This document shows positions 30,683 through 64,000 of a DNA stretch of 64,000 bases, piece by piece (position 1 is the stretch's first letter; the number at the start of each line of letters is the position of its first letter). Source of the DNA: Amoebidium appalachense. Taxonomy: Eukaryota > Protista > Ichthyosporea. The DNA lies in contig CAVNZM010000003.1 in assembly GCA_963693365.1 (NCBI GenBank), positions 1,275,506-1,339,505 on the forward strand, read 5' to 3'. Position numbers and translations under genes: made by a program. The notes beneath the pieces were generated by a model. It was given only the letters and a program-made list of their open reading frames with translations, was not told the origin of the DNA and made no database searches.

Positions 30683-32750
30683 ATGTGTGTATACGGTTTG
30701 TGCGTGTGTGTGTGTGTGTGTGGTGGTGGTGGTGGTGGGGGGGGGGGGGGGGGGGGGGAGCTTCTCGTCATGCATATACATGTATGAATCTAAAACCAAG
30801 AGTAGATAAGTACCATCATATACATACACCTACAACGCAATACATATATACGTACATGTCACTGTCGTGCAACCGTTCCGTACAACCGTATACGAATACG
30901 TAGATTTGAACTCATGATGATAAGACATGTCATCCCACGAGCACTGGCACGGTGATCACTCACACGTACTAAGGCCAACCGCTTCAAGCTTCTGGGCCAT
31001 TCTAGAATCTTCTATGAATCGTCCTGCAGTGCACGGCCCCACCTGCAGGCCTAATATTAATTGCAGTCATTGCACTACTACTGAGTACTGGACATCATAT
31101 CAGCGCCCTACATAGCTATTTTTCATGACTAGTGCTTTCAAAACGTCGTCAGTGTTCAATCTACTGCCATGGCAGGTGCGTACGCCACACACGCGTACGG
31201 TGTCCGTGTCAGTGCCATGGATGCGTATGGTCGCGTTTGGCCACGCAGGCGCCCAAGACTCTAGATCTGAAACGGTGGGCTCCATATACGCAGCATACGG
31301 TATGCACAAGTCCAACCCCCCCCCCCCCCCCCCCCCCTCCCCCCCCCCAACCACCACCACCACCACCACCACCACAAACCCCAACCCCCCACCCCCACCA
31401 CACCCCACCCCACCCCACCGCGGCCCCAACGTGCACCCCACTCCCTCTTTGTGAGGCTAGCTAGGCCCTGAGGCCTGAGCCTCGGTTCCGCCGGACGGTG
31501 CACACGTGTACAGGTGACTCGAGCTCGGACTCGAGCTCCGGATATCGATACGATCCCGTGTATTCTACTCGTGTATTCACTGTTTTCTGAGATCTGTTTC
31601 GCCCGTCCAACAGCTGACCCACATCATACTTTATCTTGTATATCGTAGACAGCGGATGTCTAGATAGGAAACGTCATAAAGGCTTTTTTGCACTTTGCAG
31701 TGTCACGTACCGTTCTGGGCTTTTTTTCTGCATGGCGGCTTTTTTTTTTTGCACGTCGACGTCGTAATTTCAACGGAGAGCCGCGCGATGATTGGAGTGC
31801 GTGTGCGACGCATAACAGGACGACGGAGCGGCCAATCAGAGACCAAACCGCAGTTCGGCATTTTCGCGCTCCGTAGCCAGGTTTGCAAGTTCGTAGCAAC
31901 ACATCTAGAGATCCCCCATTTTAGCAGAAAAAAAAGTAATATTCTCACAATTATAAAATAAAAAAAATCTATACTTTTTGCTTAATGGATCCGAAAATAA
32001 TAGCATTCAATTCTGAACCTACAAAGTCCTTCGTTTTTTAGATCTAGATCTGAATCTTTCTTATTGTATATATTTCAGGGGGTTGTGAGGCATCCAATAT
32101 TCACGATGTGTGATATTCCGCCAGATAATAATTCTATAACAATATATGTAATTAATTTTTGAAAATCAAAGAGCTCATGAATTTGCAACATATTTAGCTC
32201 AAATTTCATATTTATTTATTTTCAGGGAGGGGACACTGAACAGCCAAGAGCTTCAATGAATCCGAGTCATTATAATATTCACAAAGAAAGTATTTTTTCT
32301 TTTGACTGGATTGAAAGTAATGTGGAATGTGATATGTTTACAGATGCCTGCCTCAACATGTTAGCGCTTTCAAGCAGGAAAGTAATAGAAACGACTATCT
32401 ATATCATCGGCTGAGGCTTATTGCTAATTAATGGAGCTATAATTGCTATCTAATTGATTATAATATTGATTGTTTTTGTCAGACTGCTCTAGCAGAAGCA
32501 TCAACGTCGTCACACCGTCGCCTGCTTTGAACAAAGTTTTGCACCCCTCAGAGTCCAGGTTGAGGTTGTCCATTCCAGCCAATCAGGATTGCTGATCTCA
32601 CAGTTTCGAAAGCTATAAAAAATAAGTATTTTGAATTTTGCCCCATCACTCCCTCCGGTACTGACTGCTCGACTGTTGCGCTCATTAATAGTTTTCCTTC
32701 TGTACACCTCCTTCTAGCTATAGCGTCGCGTCGCTGTCACCACCGCAAAC

Positions 32751-34424
32751 ATGTTCGGAAAGCTAGGAGAATTGCTCGTGTGGCACTACTCAGACACGGC
32801 CCAGCGCCGGTCGCCCGCCCAGGAGGAGAGCGAGCGAAAGTTTTTGGGCTTGGTGCCTTTCCACCGGCTGATGCTGCTGCCAGCAGCCGTCATTGTGCAG
32901 ATGTGTGCAGGCTCCTTCTACGCCTGGTCCGTTTACAACGGCCCAATCGACGCCAGAATGGAGCTTGTCCAGGGCAAGGCCAAGGGTGATAACCTGGGCT
33001 TGGCTGCCAATACCTTCTACGTTGCCGTCGGCTGCTTCGGTCCCTCCGCCGCAGCTTTTGGGCCCTGGTTGGAGCGCGAGGGTCCCCGCAAAGCCCTGTT
33101 TTACGGGAGCACCTTGTACCTGATGGCCAACTTGCTGGCTGCCCTGGCCTGCTGGAAGGGCATGTACTGGCTGCTTTACGTGGGCTACGGCTGTTTTGCC
33201 GGCCTTGGTCTTGGCATTACCTACATCACGCCCGTGTCTCCCCTTCAGAAATGGTTCCCAGACTATCGTGGGGTTGTGTCGGGCATGGCTGTGTGCGGCT
33301 TCGGCGGTGGATCCATGATCGCCTCCAAGGTGCAGAACCTTCTCATTGAGACACAGGGTGTTTCCCTCTGCTTCGTCATCCTCGGCTGCGTCTACTGGGT
33401 GCTCATGGTTTGCTGTACGCTCGTCCTGCGCACTCCCCCCGAGGACTACATCCTTACCATGAAGGCTAAGCTCGGTAACAAGTTTGTCGACGAGCACGGC
33501 CACGGCCCAGCCAGGGAGTCTGGATCTTCCCCTGCCGGTTTCAAGGATGACGACAAGGGTGGCAACAGTGCCATGACTGCAACCGTCGACATTGACAACA
33601 ACCGCGAGCCCGAGGTGCTGCACGAGCCCGAGGTCAAGATGACGCTGATTGAGGCCATGTTCACGTGGGACTACCGCCTGATGTACATCATGTTGATGGC
33701 CAACGCCATTGCAGGTCTGCTGACCATCTCCAAGCTGGCCCACATCTGCAAGCTCCAGTTCGGAAAGGATGCCGACCTTGCCTCCACCGTCGTGTCCGTC
33801 AACTCTGGCTTCAACCTGACTGGTCGGATTCTTATGGGTCTGACCTCCGATTTCTTTGGCCGCAAGCCCCTCTTCATGGTTTCTCTCGTGTTCCAGGCCG
33901 TCATCGTGCTGTTTGCCCCCACCATGATTATGAATCAGGCCTTCTGGCCCTACTGCATCAGCATGTGGCTCCTGTCTGCCTTCTACGGTGGTGGGTTCGG
34001 TCTGATCCCCGCCTTCCTTGCAGACCAGTTCGGTGTCAAGAACATCGGTGCCCTTCACGGTATCATCCTTACCGCCTGGTCTTTCATCGGTGTTGCTGGT
34101 GGTCTTGCCTTCAAAGCCATCTACAAGGCCCAGGTTTCTAAGTACGGCAAGGCTGCACTTAATGTGTATAACGTCAACTACTACTGGATTGCCGCCGTGA
34201 TCTTCGTCGGTGTGATTGCCACCCCCTTCATCCACACGGATGTGCGGGATGCCCTGTTCCCCCGTGTTCCGGGCCAATGGTTCTGCATCCGTGTGGGCAA
34301 GCGCCTTCTGCGCGTGTCCAACAGCCAGGGTGTCGAATACCTAGACCATCAGACCGAGGAGAGGGAATGGCGCGCATTCCTGCTCACCCTCCCCGAGAAC
34401 CAGTCTGGCTACACTGCGGCATAG
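32751..34424 (+). CDS. MFS transporter, oxalate:formate antiporter / YhjX / L-lactate-transporter-like (OFA) family, 557 aa, intronless
   Basis: Single clean ORF with about 12 hydrophobic helices; motifs GSFYAWSVYN, YITPVSPLQKWFPDYRGVVSGMAVCGFGGG, FNLTGRILMGLTSDFFGRK, YGGGFGLIPAFLADQFG...GALHGIILTAW; strong C/G-ending codon bias. Confidence 0.92.
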   Translation: MFGKLGELLVWHYSDTAQRRSPAQEESERKFLGLVPFHRLMLLPAAVIVQMCAGSFYAWSVYNGPIDARMELVQGKAKGDNLGLAANTFYVAVGCFGPSAAAFGPWLEREGPRKALFYGSTLYLMANLLAALACWKGMYWLLYVGYGCFAGLGLGITYITPVSPLQKWFPDYRGVVSGMAVCGFGGGSMIASKVQNLLIETQGVSLCFVILGCVYWVLMVCCTLVLRTPPEDYILTMKAKLGNKFVDEHGHGPARESGSSPAGFKDDDKGGNSAMTATVDIDNNREPEVLHEPEVKMTLIEAMFTWDYRLMYIMLMANAIAGLLTISKLAHICKLQFGKDADLASTVVSVNSGFNLTGRILMGLTSDFFGRKPLFMVSLVFQAVIVLFAPTMIMNQAFWPYCISMWLLSAFYGGGFGLIPAFLADQFGVKNIGALHGIILTAWSFIGVAGGLAFKAIYKAQVSKYGKAALNVYNVNYYWIAAVIFVGVIATPFIHTDVRDALFPRVPGQWFCIRVGKRLLRVSNSQGVEYLDHQTEEREWRAFLLTLPENQSGYTAA

Positions 34425-35079
34425 AGCATCAGCGAACTTAAGCCCTGCCTCCATGCATGTTAACAAAAGTTGCCAAGTTGTGAAATCATGCCATACATAC
34501 TCAATAAGGCAGCCGTTGAAATATAACGGTTAATGCCGCGGCGTAGGATAGTGGAAGGGTGTAAATAGTAGGTAGCACTGGACCGTGACCCCACCGTCGT
34601 ATTAAACAGTATACTTTGATGGCTTTGGTTGCTCTGTTTCCGGGAATGATATGGTACCTTCGGACCGGTACACTGTACGATGCTTCAGTTTAGTGAAGTT
34701 CCGTCATGTCCTCGTATACCTCCTAATGGAATATGATATACCTCCCACTCCCACAGCTTCCTTGGATGCGAATTATTACTACTGAATATTGGAGGGCCCG
34801 AGGACCAAAATGCTGCGACATTGAAAGGACCTAAAAGAACCCCCTTTAAACGAGTTTTCCCCGGTCGCTCCACATGACATGGCTTCTTCAGACTGTATGC
34901 TGAACGAATTAACAGTTTATTGTTCCGCCATGTCCTTCTGTGGCCCAGACGCCATTGGATGCGAAAAAAATAATGACGATTTGGACCTCCCATCTTGTTG
35001 GATGCGTGCGAATTCAGGAAAATATTAATAAATTTAACCCAGTCGCCTTGGCAAACATCCAAAAGTTTGCAGTTGTGTC

Positions 35080-35114
<35 letters not shown>

Positions 35115-35888
35115 ACGCCCTCCCAACCCTCCCCAAACCCTCTCTCTGCCACGTATATACATACGGAGGGGCCCCGGGGGGATTGCATGCACACAGTGAT
35201 TGATACACGAGGCCTGTACCTCACACACAGCATCACACATGCATACATACAACTGTCACACATGACGCGCACGCGCATTTTTAGATGCGACGAGTCACAC
35301 ATACGTATACACGCATACAATGCTCTCTCACGCACAGATATACACAAACAGCTGCCAAACGGCGTCCAGTCATGCGCACATGAATTCACCTGCACAGACA
35401 CCGTGACATACGCGCACATCATGACACACATCACCCACACAAAAGTCACGTACATTCCCGCACATACACACATCACCATAAAATTCACACACATGCGCGC
35501 ACGTACACTGTGACATCACCCAAAAAAAATTCTCACACATGCATGTACGCACATACACACATCACCCACACACTGTTCACACACATGCGCTCACAAAATA
35601 CATACATACATCATCCACGCTTTCGAATTCACACACATACAAGCACGCACACACACACACCGTCCCGGTGCCGTCACAAATGTGCAGTACACACAAGCAT
35701 TCACGCCGCAGCGCGCGCACACACACGACACGAACATCAGCACACGTTCGCAAACACACATGTTCACAAGTTCATTTCAACTGTCCACACCCATAGTCAA
35801 CACACCCCTCAACAGTCCTGCGTGCATGTATGCATGTGTGCACAGACAACTTTTGCACAAACACACACGTGTACATACATTCGTGCGC

Positions 35889-35971
<83 letters not shown>

Positions 35972-36070
35972 CGTGACACACACGGACATACACACACACA
36001 CGCCAAACCACACCACCACTACCCACCCGCCCAAAACACCTGATCTCCACATGCTGCCGGGCTTTGCCCC

Positions 36071-36784
36071 TACAGGGGTAGGCCGAATATAAGATTACGT
36101 GAATTTCGGCTCTAGCCCGCTAGAATCTTAAAGGCTCCAGACCCCCCTAGCACACAGGACACAGGGAAACCATCTTAATGTTCCTTAGGCAACACCGTAC
36201 TGATCATTATCGCTTTTTGGGAGCTTTGGCAGGATACATTTCTCCTGCTGTACGTATGGATACCACCCTAGTAGATAAGTCTGTATGGTGCTCTGATGTT
36301 GATATTGCCTGGGAAGTTGTGCAATGGCATTGTAATTCTTGTTTTCATCGCCGCTGGTGCCACTTTTGTGCTGAACTTTTTAATCGCAAGCATGTTGAAA
36401 GGTGTGAGTTTTTATGTCGCGTTTGACCTCTTTCCCTACGGGTGTCTGCTACACTAGCTGGCAATGTGAACACTTTAGACTTTTTTGTTGAATTCTGTTG
36501 GTCGTCACATTGAGTATTTATATGATTTTCACACAGTGTTCAGGTATCTCAGTATGCACTTGTTACTGGATAACTCGTGAAGTTTTTATTGTCTTCTCAG
36601 TATGCCGTGCATACTTGCATATCTTTCCGTCGAATAAATCCAGTCAAAAGAAAAAAAAAATTCATAAAAGAAAAAAAAAATTCATATATGCCGTGGGGGC
36701 TAGCCCGCTAGAATGTTAATTTTTCTAATATTTCCGGGCTAGAATCTTATACTCGGAAAATCATATATTTAAACTGCCCCTGTA
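36071..36784. mobile_element. Non-autonomous TIR element (MITE-like, TA-flanked, CAGGGG(C/T)AG termini)
   Basis: Left TA-CAGGGGTAG..CCGAATATAAGATT..CTAGCCCG; right CGGGCTAGAATCTTATACTCGG..CTGCCCCTG-TA. A related single end lies at ~28821-28930. TA flanks are consistent with Tc1/mariner (inference). Confidence 0.6.
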
Positions 36785-36879
36785 AGTCACTGCGTCATCC
36801 AATCTTTATGTTTTTCTGCACCGGATGTTGTGTGTGTAGTGTGTGTGTGCGTGTTTTCTTTCTTTCTTTTTTTTTTTTT

Positions 36880-36910
<31 letters not shown>

Positions 36911-37838
36911 GGGAGGAGGGGAGGGGGGGGGGGAAGGTTGGCGTGGCTGTGTGTTCGACATGACGAGAGGATGTGTCAGCGCGTGCATGCATGCACGCGC
37001 ACGCGCGCGTGTGTGTGAGTGTGTGTGTGTGTGCGCACACACACACACACACGCCAATGAGTGTACATGTACACTCGTAGTAGACCTCCAATACATCTAC
37101 GTAGCCATTTGGAGTCATTTTTCTTTTTTTCTTTAATTCTCTACGTAGCCATTTGGAGTCGTATTCTTTTTTCTTTTCGAGTCTACCGTAAATCCGTCCC
37201 AAATGCGAATCATCATCCGGCAGCTGTGCTTGTCTGGTCACCGTAACAGCGACTCTGTGTTTGCATGTGCGTTGCGTACAGTGGGTACGTGTGCACGTGT
37301 GTGTGTGTCGTGCACCCCCATTGCCAGCGCCATGGTGAACACACACAGGTGTGTGTAAGTGAGCTTTTGTAACCGTACCGAGCTTGTGTGCACATATATG
37401 CATGTGCGTGTGATCTCAAGAGAACAAGTGAAGGCCGAGGGAGGGCCGGCAGAGCGTAACGGGCGGGAGGGAGAGAGGGAGAAAAGGGAAGCAGGCCTCG
37501 GGAGGGCTTGAGGGGTGTCGATGAGGGAGGGTGGGAGAGAGCTATAGGGGCGGCGGCGACGCTGGTGGTGGTGGTGGGGCGGGGGGAGGGGGGAGGAGGG
37601 GGGGGGGGGGGAGGGGAGGGGAGAAACGAGAGAGCAAGCCTGGGAGAGAGAGGCAGCTAATGTATTATATTACAGGGGTCCCTCGCGAGGGAGGGCCGAG
37701 GGAGGGTATGAGACGGGGGAAAAGCAGAGAGAGACGGAGGAGAGGGAGAGAGGGCCCTGCAGCTGGAGAACCTGGCCCAATGGTGGAAGGGTGGGATGGA
37801 GCGCTAGGGAGAGCTAGGGAGGTGTGTGTATCGGTTGT

Positions 37839-37895
<57 letters not shown>

Positions 37896-37989
37896 GGGGG
37901 GGGGGCGGGGGGGGGGGGAGGGAGAGAAAGAGGGGCGGAGGACACGTGTGTGTGTGTGTGCGTGCGTGCGTGTGTGTGTGTGTGCCTGT

Positions 37990-38128
<139 letters not shown>

Positions 38129-38730
38129 GTGTCAATCGACATATACCTATAATGTAGTAAAAAGAGAGACTGTGTGCACACACCACAATGTACTATAAGC
38201 AAGAAAATTTCTTCTTTGATATCTCGGTTGATTCTGTTTTGAAGTGAACATCAATGAAGTCAAAAACTCGAGCGTTTTCAAAGCGTGACGCCGGCCGGCG
38301 CCAGAAACGTCACATGGCGAAAGGAATGTTTTACTACCAATGAAACAGGCGTTCTCAAGAGTATGGGCAAATGTTGAAATAAACAACCTTGAAGGCTTAA
38401 ATTTGGAAGCCCATTACCAGGTATACTTTCATTTTAGAACCAAAAGATACTCTGCTCAAATACTAAAAGCATATTATATGCATAGGAGGGGTAATTTATA
38501 AACATACTTCAACAAAAACGATAGTTTCCCTATTCCCATACAAATAAAAAACGTACCACAAATCATAGCATGACAGTGAGCACGTATCTTTTGCCGCGCT
38601 TCCTTGAACCAATCGGCTATCGGTTGCGTCGGTTATTTGTGTGAGCCATCCAACCAATGCGCAACATCGCCGGTTCACAAAAAAGGCCAAAAACAAGTCC
38701 CCGCACGGCCGCACCTACTGAGGTGACTCG

Positions 38731-38829
38731 TATTTTTCCTTACACACACAGCGAACACTGGACTCTCGGGACCGTAGAGCCGCCGCGAGAGAAAGCATGC
38801 ACGCGGTCGCGAGAGTGTAAGGAAAAATA
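38731..38829. mobile_element. ~100-bp foldback / mini-MITE
   Basis: Perfect 15-bp inverted repeat TATTTTTCCTTACAC / GTGTAAGGAAAAATA, extended by ACTCTCGGGACCG / CGGTCGCGAGAGT. Confidence 0.55.
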
Positions 38830-39840
38830 GGCGGCAAGTTCATAGCAGCCCAGGCACCGTCAGTACGTGCCAGGTCCCCGCGGGACAAAAGTCACAAAAC
38901 TGCGTAGCCGTGTGAAAGTTTTGTACTGTATGCATACAGAAAATAAGATATATTCATACGATATAATCTGCGTGCTTGAGTAATTTTTTGACAAGTTAGA
39001 CGTCATATTAGGTTTTCTGGAGTTAAAGGATCATAACTGGATCTTATCTCCGAGGTAACCCATGACTCAGAGATGTCAAATAAACAGTTGAAGGTTTGTC
39101 TTCGGCTAGCTCTGTGTTCTTGCCGGCAGCAGCATAGACGACTGTAGGGGGCCTGAGAGAAAAGCACAAATAGCTCCTGTTTTTCAGCTTATAGTCGGAA
39201 TAGGAACGTCCATTTATCTCCCTGAACACCCTCACCTTCACAACCGTGTGTAAAAACTCGCTCACTGTGACAACAACTGAGCAGTGTTAGTAAGCAAACA
39301 CGTGTAGGCGGCCTGTGCCCCAAAATTTTATCCAGTTTTTTACAAGACAGGTGGAGTGTTACGATCGCAGATAGCTGGCAGGATCTAATACTTGTTCCAG
39401 GTACTCCCCCCCCCCCCCCCCCCCCTCCCCCCTCTCTTCCGCCCCTTCCTCCTCAACACACACACACACACACACGAACACACCCCACCCCCATACAAAC
39501 TCACGCGAGCCCTTTGGTTTTTTGTTGACGTTAGCTGGCAGTATATGCCTCTTACGAACACGTCTTGCACCACCATCACGTCAATGATGAACAAGTGTGA
39601 CAAACAGAGCAGTAAGCTGGAGATGAGTTGTCTGCCTTGTCGTTTTTGGTATATAAACAGAACAAGATGGACTGCATGACTGTACATTATTCTGCAATCA
39701 TATACATACAGAGACCAAACCTCGTGTTCTTTCTTCACCGCTTCCTGCAGGCACGAGCCTTGACTAATCTATTATCATAACAGCTGGAAATGTAGTTGAG
39801 AATGTCATGTTTGTAAATTGATTGGTCTTTGTGCAACAGA

Positions 39841-52165
<12,325 letters not shown>

Positions 52166-52303
52166 GTGGATGGGGGTCACGTGAGGATATTTTTAGCCAT
52201 ACCAGATGGTGGGGTTTGATTGGTCGGAATGGCTCTTGTTGCTGAAATGAGCAATGGAAGAGATTTTTGATTGGTTGATGGCTGGCGGGGTGGGGTGGGG
52301 GAA

Positions 52304-52350
<47 letters not shown>

Positions 52351-54662
52351 ACACCCCTTTTTTTTTTTTCTTTTTTTTTTTTAACTGGCGTGTATATAGT
52401 TTGTTAAGCGTGGTGTATGGGAGAGTGTGTGCTACATCTACAGAAAGAGTCGAAGAGTCAAGTTACCACCTAGCAGTGTATAGTTGAAACACTTTGGAGA
52501 TCAGTGAGATAGTCTGAAGATAGACTGTTTTTATATCTACTGGTAATTTTATGTTTTTCTTTAATATATCGATATCATCCGTTAAGTATGATCGTCAGTT
52601 TCTTTTATATCTCATACGATGTTGGTCGAAGTCTCGATGGATGCAAGTTGTAATTATGGCACGCAAAAGTATATCTACAAGGGAGCATGTTATGTATCTT
52701 TAAAATATATATCTAATATATTTGCATATTGATGGAGGTTGCAGGGCCTCCGATTTAAATGACGAGATATGATAGGATGGGAAATAATTCCAATAATTCC
52801 AGGAAGATAGCAGGCCCTAGGATGTGACTTAGCCGAGCCACCTTTCTAGCCATGTCGAAGCTAACACTAAAGATAAACATCATGATATGTTACAGTAATA
52901 CATGTATAATCATGAAGTTGATACGTCCTGTCGTGTAATCAAAGAAAGTTCTGCTCACAGTATGAGTCATCGATCTAGTGTGAGGGAATAAAACCAACGC
53001 CTGGTGGTGTGGGTTGCTGTGTATGCGCAGTACCTATTTGGCAGAATTCAAGTACGGCCAGATGTACCGGTACGGAGGGCAAAGCTGGTGTCAAGAATAA
53101 CCCCCTCCCCCCCCCCCCCTCCCCCCTCCCCCCCCTTCTGTGCCCCTCTCCCTCCCTTCCGGCGTTCTACACACACGGTGTCACGTGACTGACTGTGCAC
53201 ACGTACACACACACAAACCCCCAACCCGCCCCACCCCGACCCGGCCCACCGGCCCTGGTGTTTCATGCATGACTTTAGCTGTATGCATTGCAATTGTATA
53301 CTCAGTATACCGCGGCGTATGATGTGTGTGCAAGAGAGCAAGGTGGTGGGGTGGTGGTGGTGAATGGTGGCAGTGGCAGTTGTGTGTGTGTGTGCCACGG
53401 TGTGTGTGTGTGTGTGTGCGTGCGTGTGTGTCTGTGTCACACGTATGGGACCCGGGGAGGGGGGGGGGGGGGGGGGGGGGGGGGGTAGTACAGTCACACC
53501 TGCGGAGGAGTACGAGGGTGGTTTTATTCTTGTACCGTTGTATGTTATCTGTCACGGATATCTCGAGCTCAGCTTGAAGTTCTCATTTTTTAAAGATTAT
53601 CTCAATAAAGTTATCATAAATAAAAGAGAAACAACCTTAATGTTTGGTCTCAGAGGGGTTGTTTTTTCCAAGCTAAGGTAGTTCGATCACAGCCCCCCCC
53701 ACCCCACCCCCCCCACCCCCCCCCACCCGGCCGGGAGGGTCCCCATTTCGACGCCGAGGTGCACAGACCTTTTCCTTTTTCTTTTTTTTTTTTGGGTGGA
53801 TGGGGGGGGGGGGGGGGGGGGGGGGGGGCCGGCAAACGACTCTGATCACGGTGAGTTCCAAGTGCGCACATCACTCTCCCTGAGAAAGTAAACCTGCTGG
53901 TTGGAAAGGGACACAAAACGCGAATGTCCAGTTGTCTCAGAGCTCAGGGGTCGCCAACCCTTTATTAGAGTGGTTGTAGGATGTACGTCCTGCCCTGTCC
54001 CCCCCCCCCCCCAAAAAAAAAAAAAAAAAAAACACGCACACACACGCACCTATCTACAAGTGTTTGAAACGGAGTACTGACAGAACACACCAGCACTACG
54101 AGAGAGTAGTGTACTTGTGTACCTGCAACTTTATTTACCATTGTGTTGCATATAAGTAAACCCGTAAGAATATATACGTGTGTGGCTCCATTCAGAATCA
54201 TCCGGTTCTTACGTGTAGAGTGTCATTCAGCTGCTGTAATCATACATATTTCATACTTACATATGAAGGAAAACACACACCCGTGTTCGGGGAGAGGAAA
54301 CAACATATGCTCACTCTAGCTATCAAGTCATACACGCATGATAGGGCAGTTGTGTTGATACCTCGCCCCTAACACACACGTGGCTGACATTTTAGAAATA
54401 TTACATCATTCACTGCAGGTGTCGGATACATTCAGGTTGGTCCATGCAATTATACTGGTCCTTTCAAGAGTTCAGATGTTCCCGAATCACAGGGGTTTTT
54501 TAAGTAGTCATACAGATAACTATTAACAACAATTGTATATACATCCAAATCAACACATCGGTAGAAAACTTCGAATTCGTACACTTGACACAACATGCAA
54601 TCGGAATCCTTCGATCTTTTGCACGGTACATACACGCATAGAAGCCAACTTGACGGAGCCAA

Positions 54663-64000
<9,338 letters not shown>

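Noticed and set aside
31455-31550. Cloning-vector polylinker contamination
   Set aside because: Sites are irregular and repeated, no vector backbone flanks them, and similar palindromes occur throughout the spacer. A UniVec screen would settle it.
32790-34277. 495-aa antisense ORF over the MFS gene
   Set aside because: Shadow of the strong C/G-ending codon bias; no recognisable protein features.
37097-37178. 44-bp-period duplication of CTACGTAGCCATTTGGAGTC
   Set aside because: Two copies only, with no functional context.

Overview
Eukaryotic, intron-rich genomic DNA saturated with poly-G/poly-C runs and (CA)n/(GT)n/(CT)n microsatellites. The taxon cannot be fixed from sequence alone; a unicellular opisthokont is a guess. 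Almost all ORF-track entries are microsatellite artefacts, so gene models were rebuilt by hand from GT-AG junctions. Left to right: 5' part of NIF3L1 (-); a secreted trypsin-family protease with five hevein/CBM18-like Cys repeats (+); an ankyrin/coiled-coil gene A (-, 13 coding exons); a ~17-kb repeat-rich spacer holding an intronless OFA-family MFS transporter and MITE relics; the inverted paralog gene B (+, 14 coding exons, C-terminal PX-like domain, tRNA-Asn nested antisense in intron 8); and the 3' part of MLH3 (-). Main points of interest: (1) the divergently oriented A/B pair has one-ankyrin-per-99-nt exons, 11 consecutive phase-0 introns, patchy gene-conversion-like identity, and PX domains disrupted in different ways (truncation in A, G7 frameshift in B); (2) splice sites sit inside microsatellites or are themselves tandemly repeated; (3) the intergenic spacer shows short palindrome-forming micro-insertions. 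Homopolymer and microsatellite lengths may contain assembly errors.
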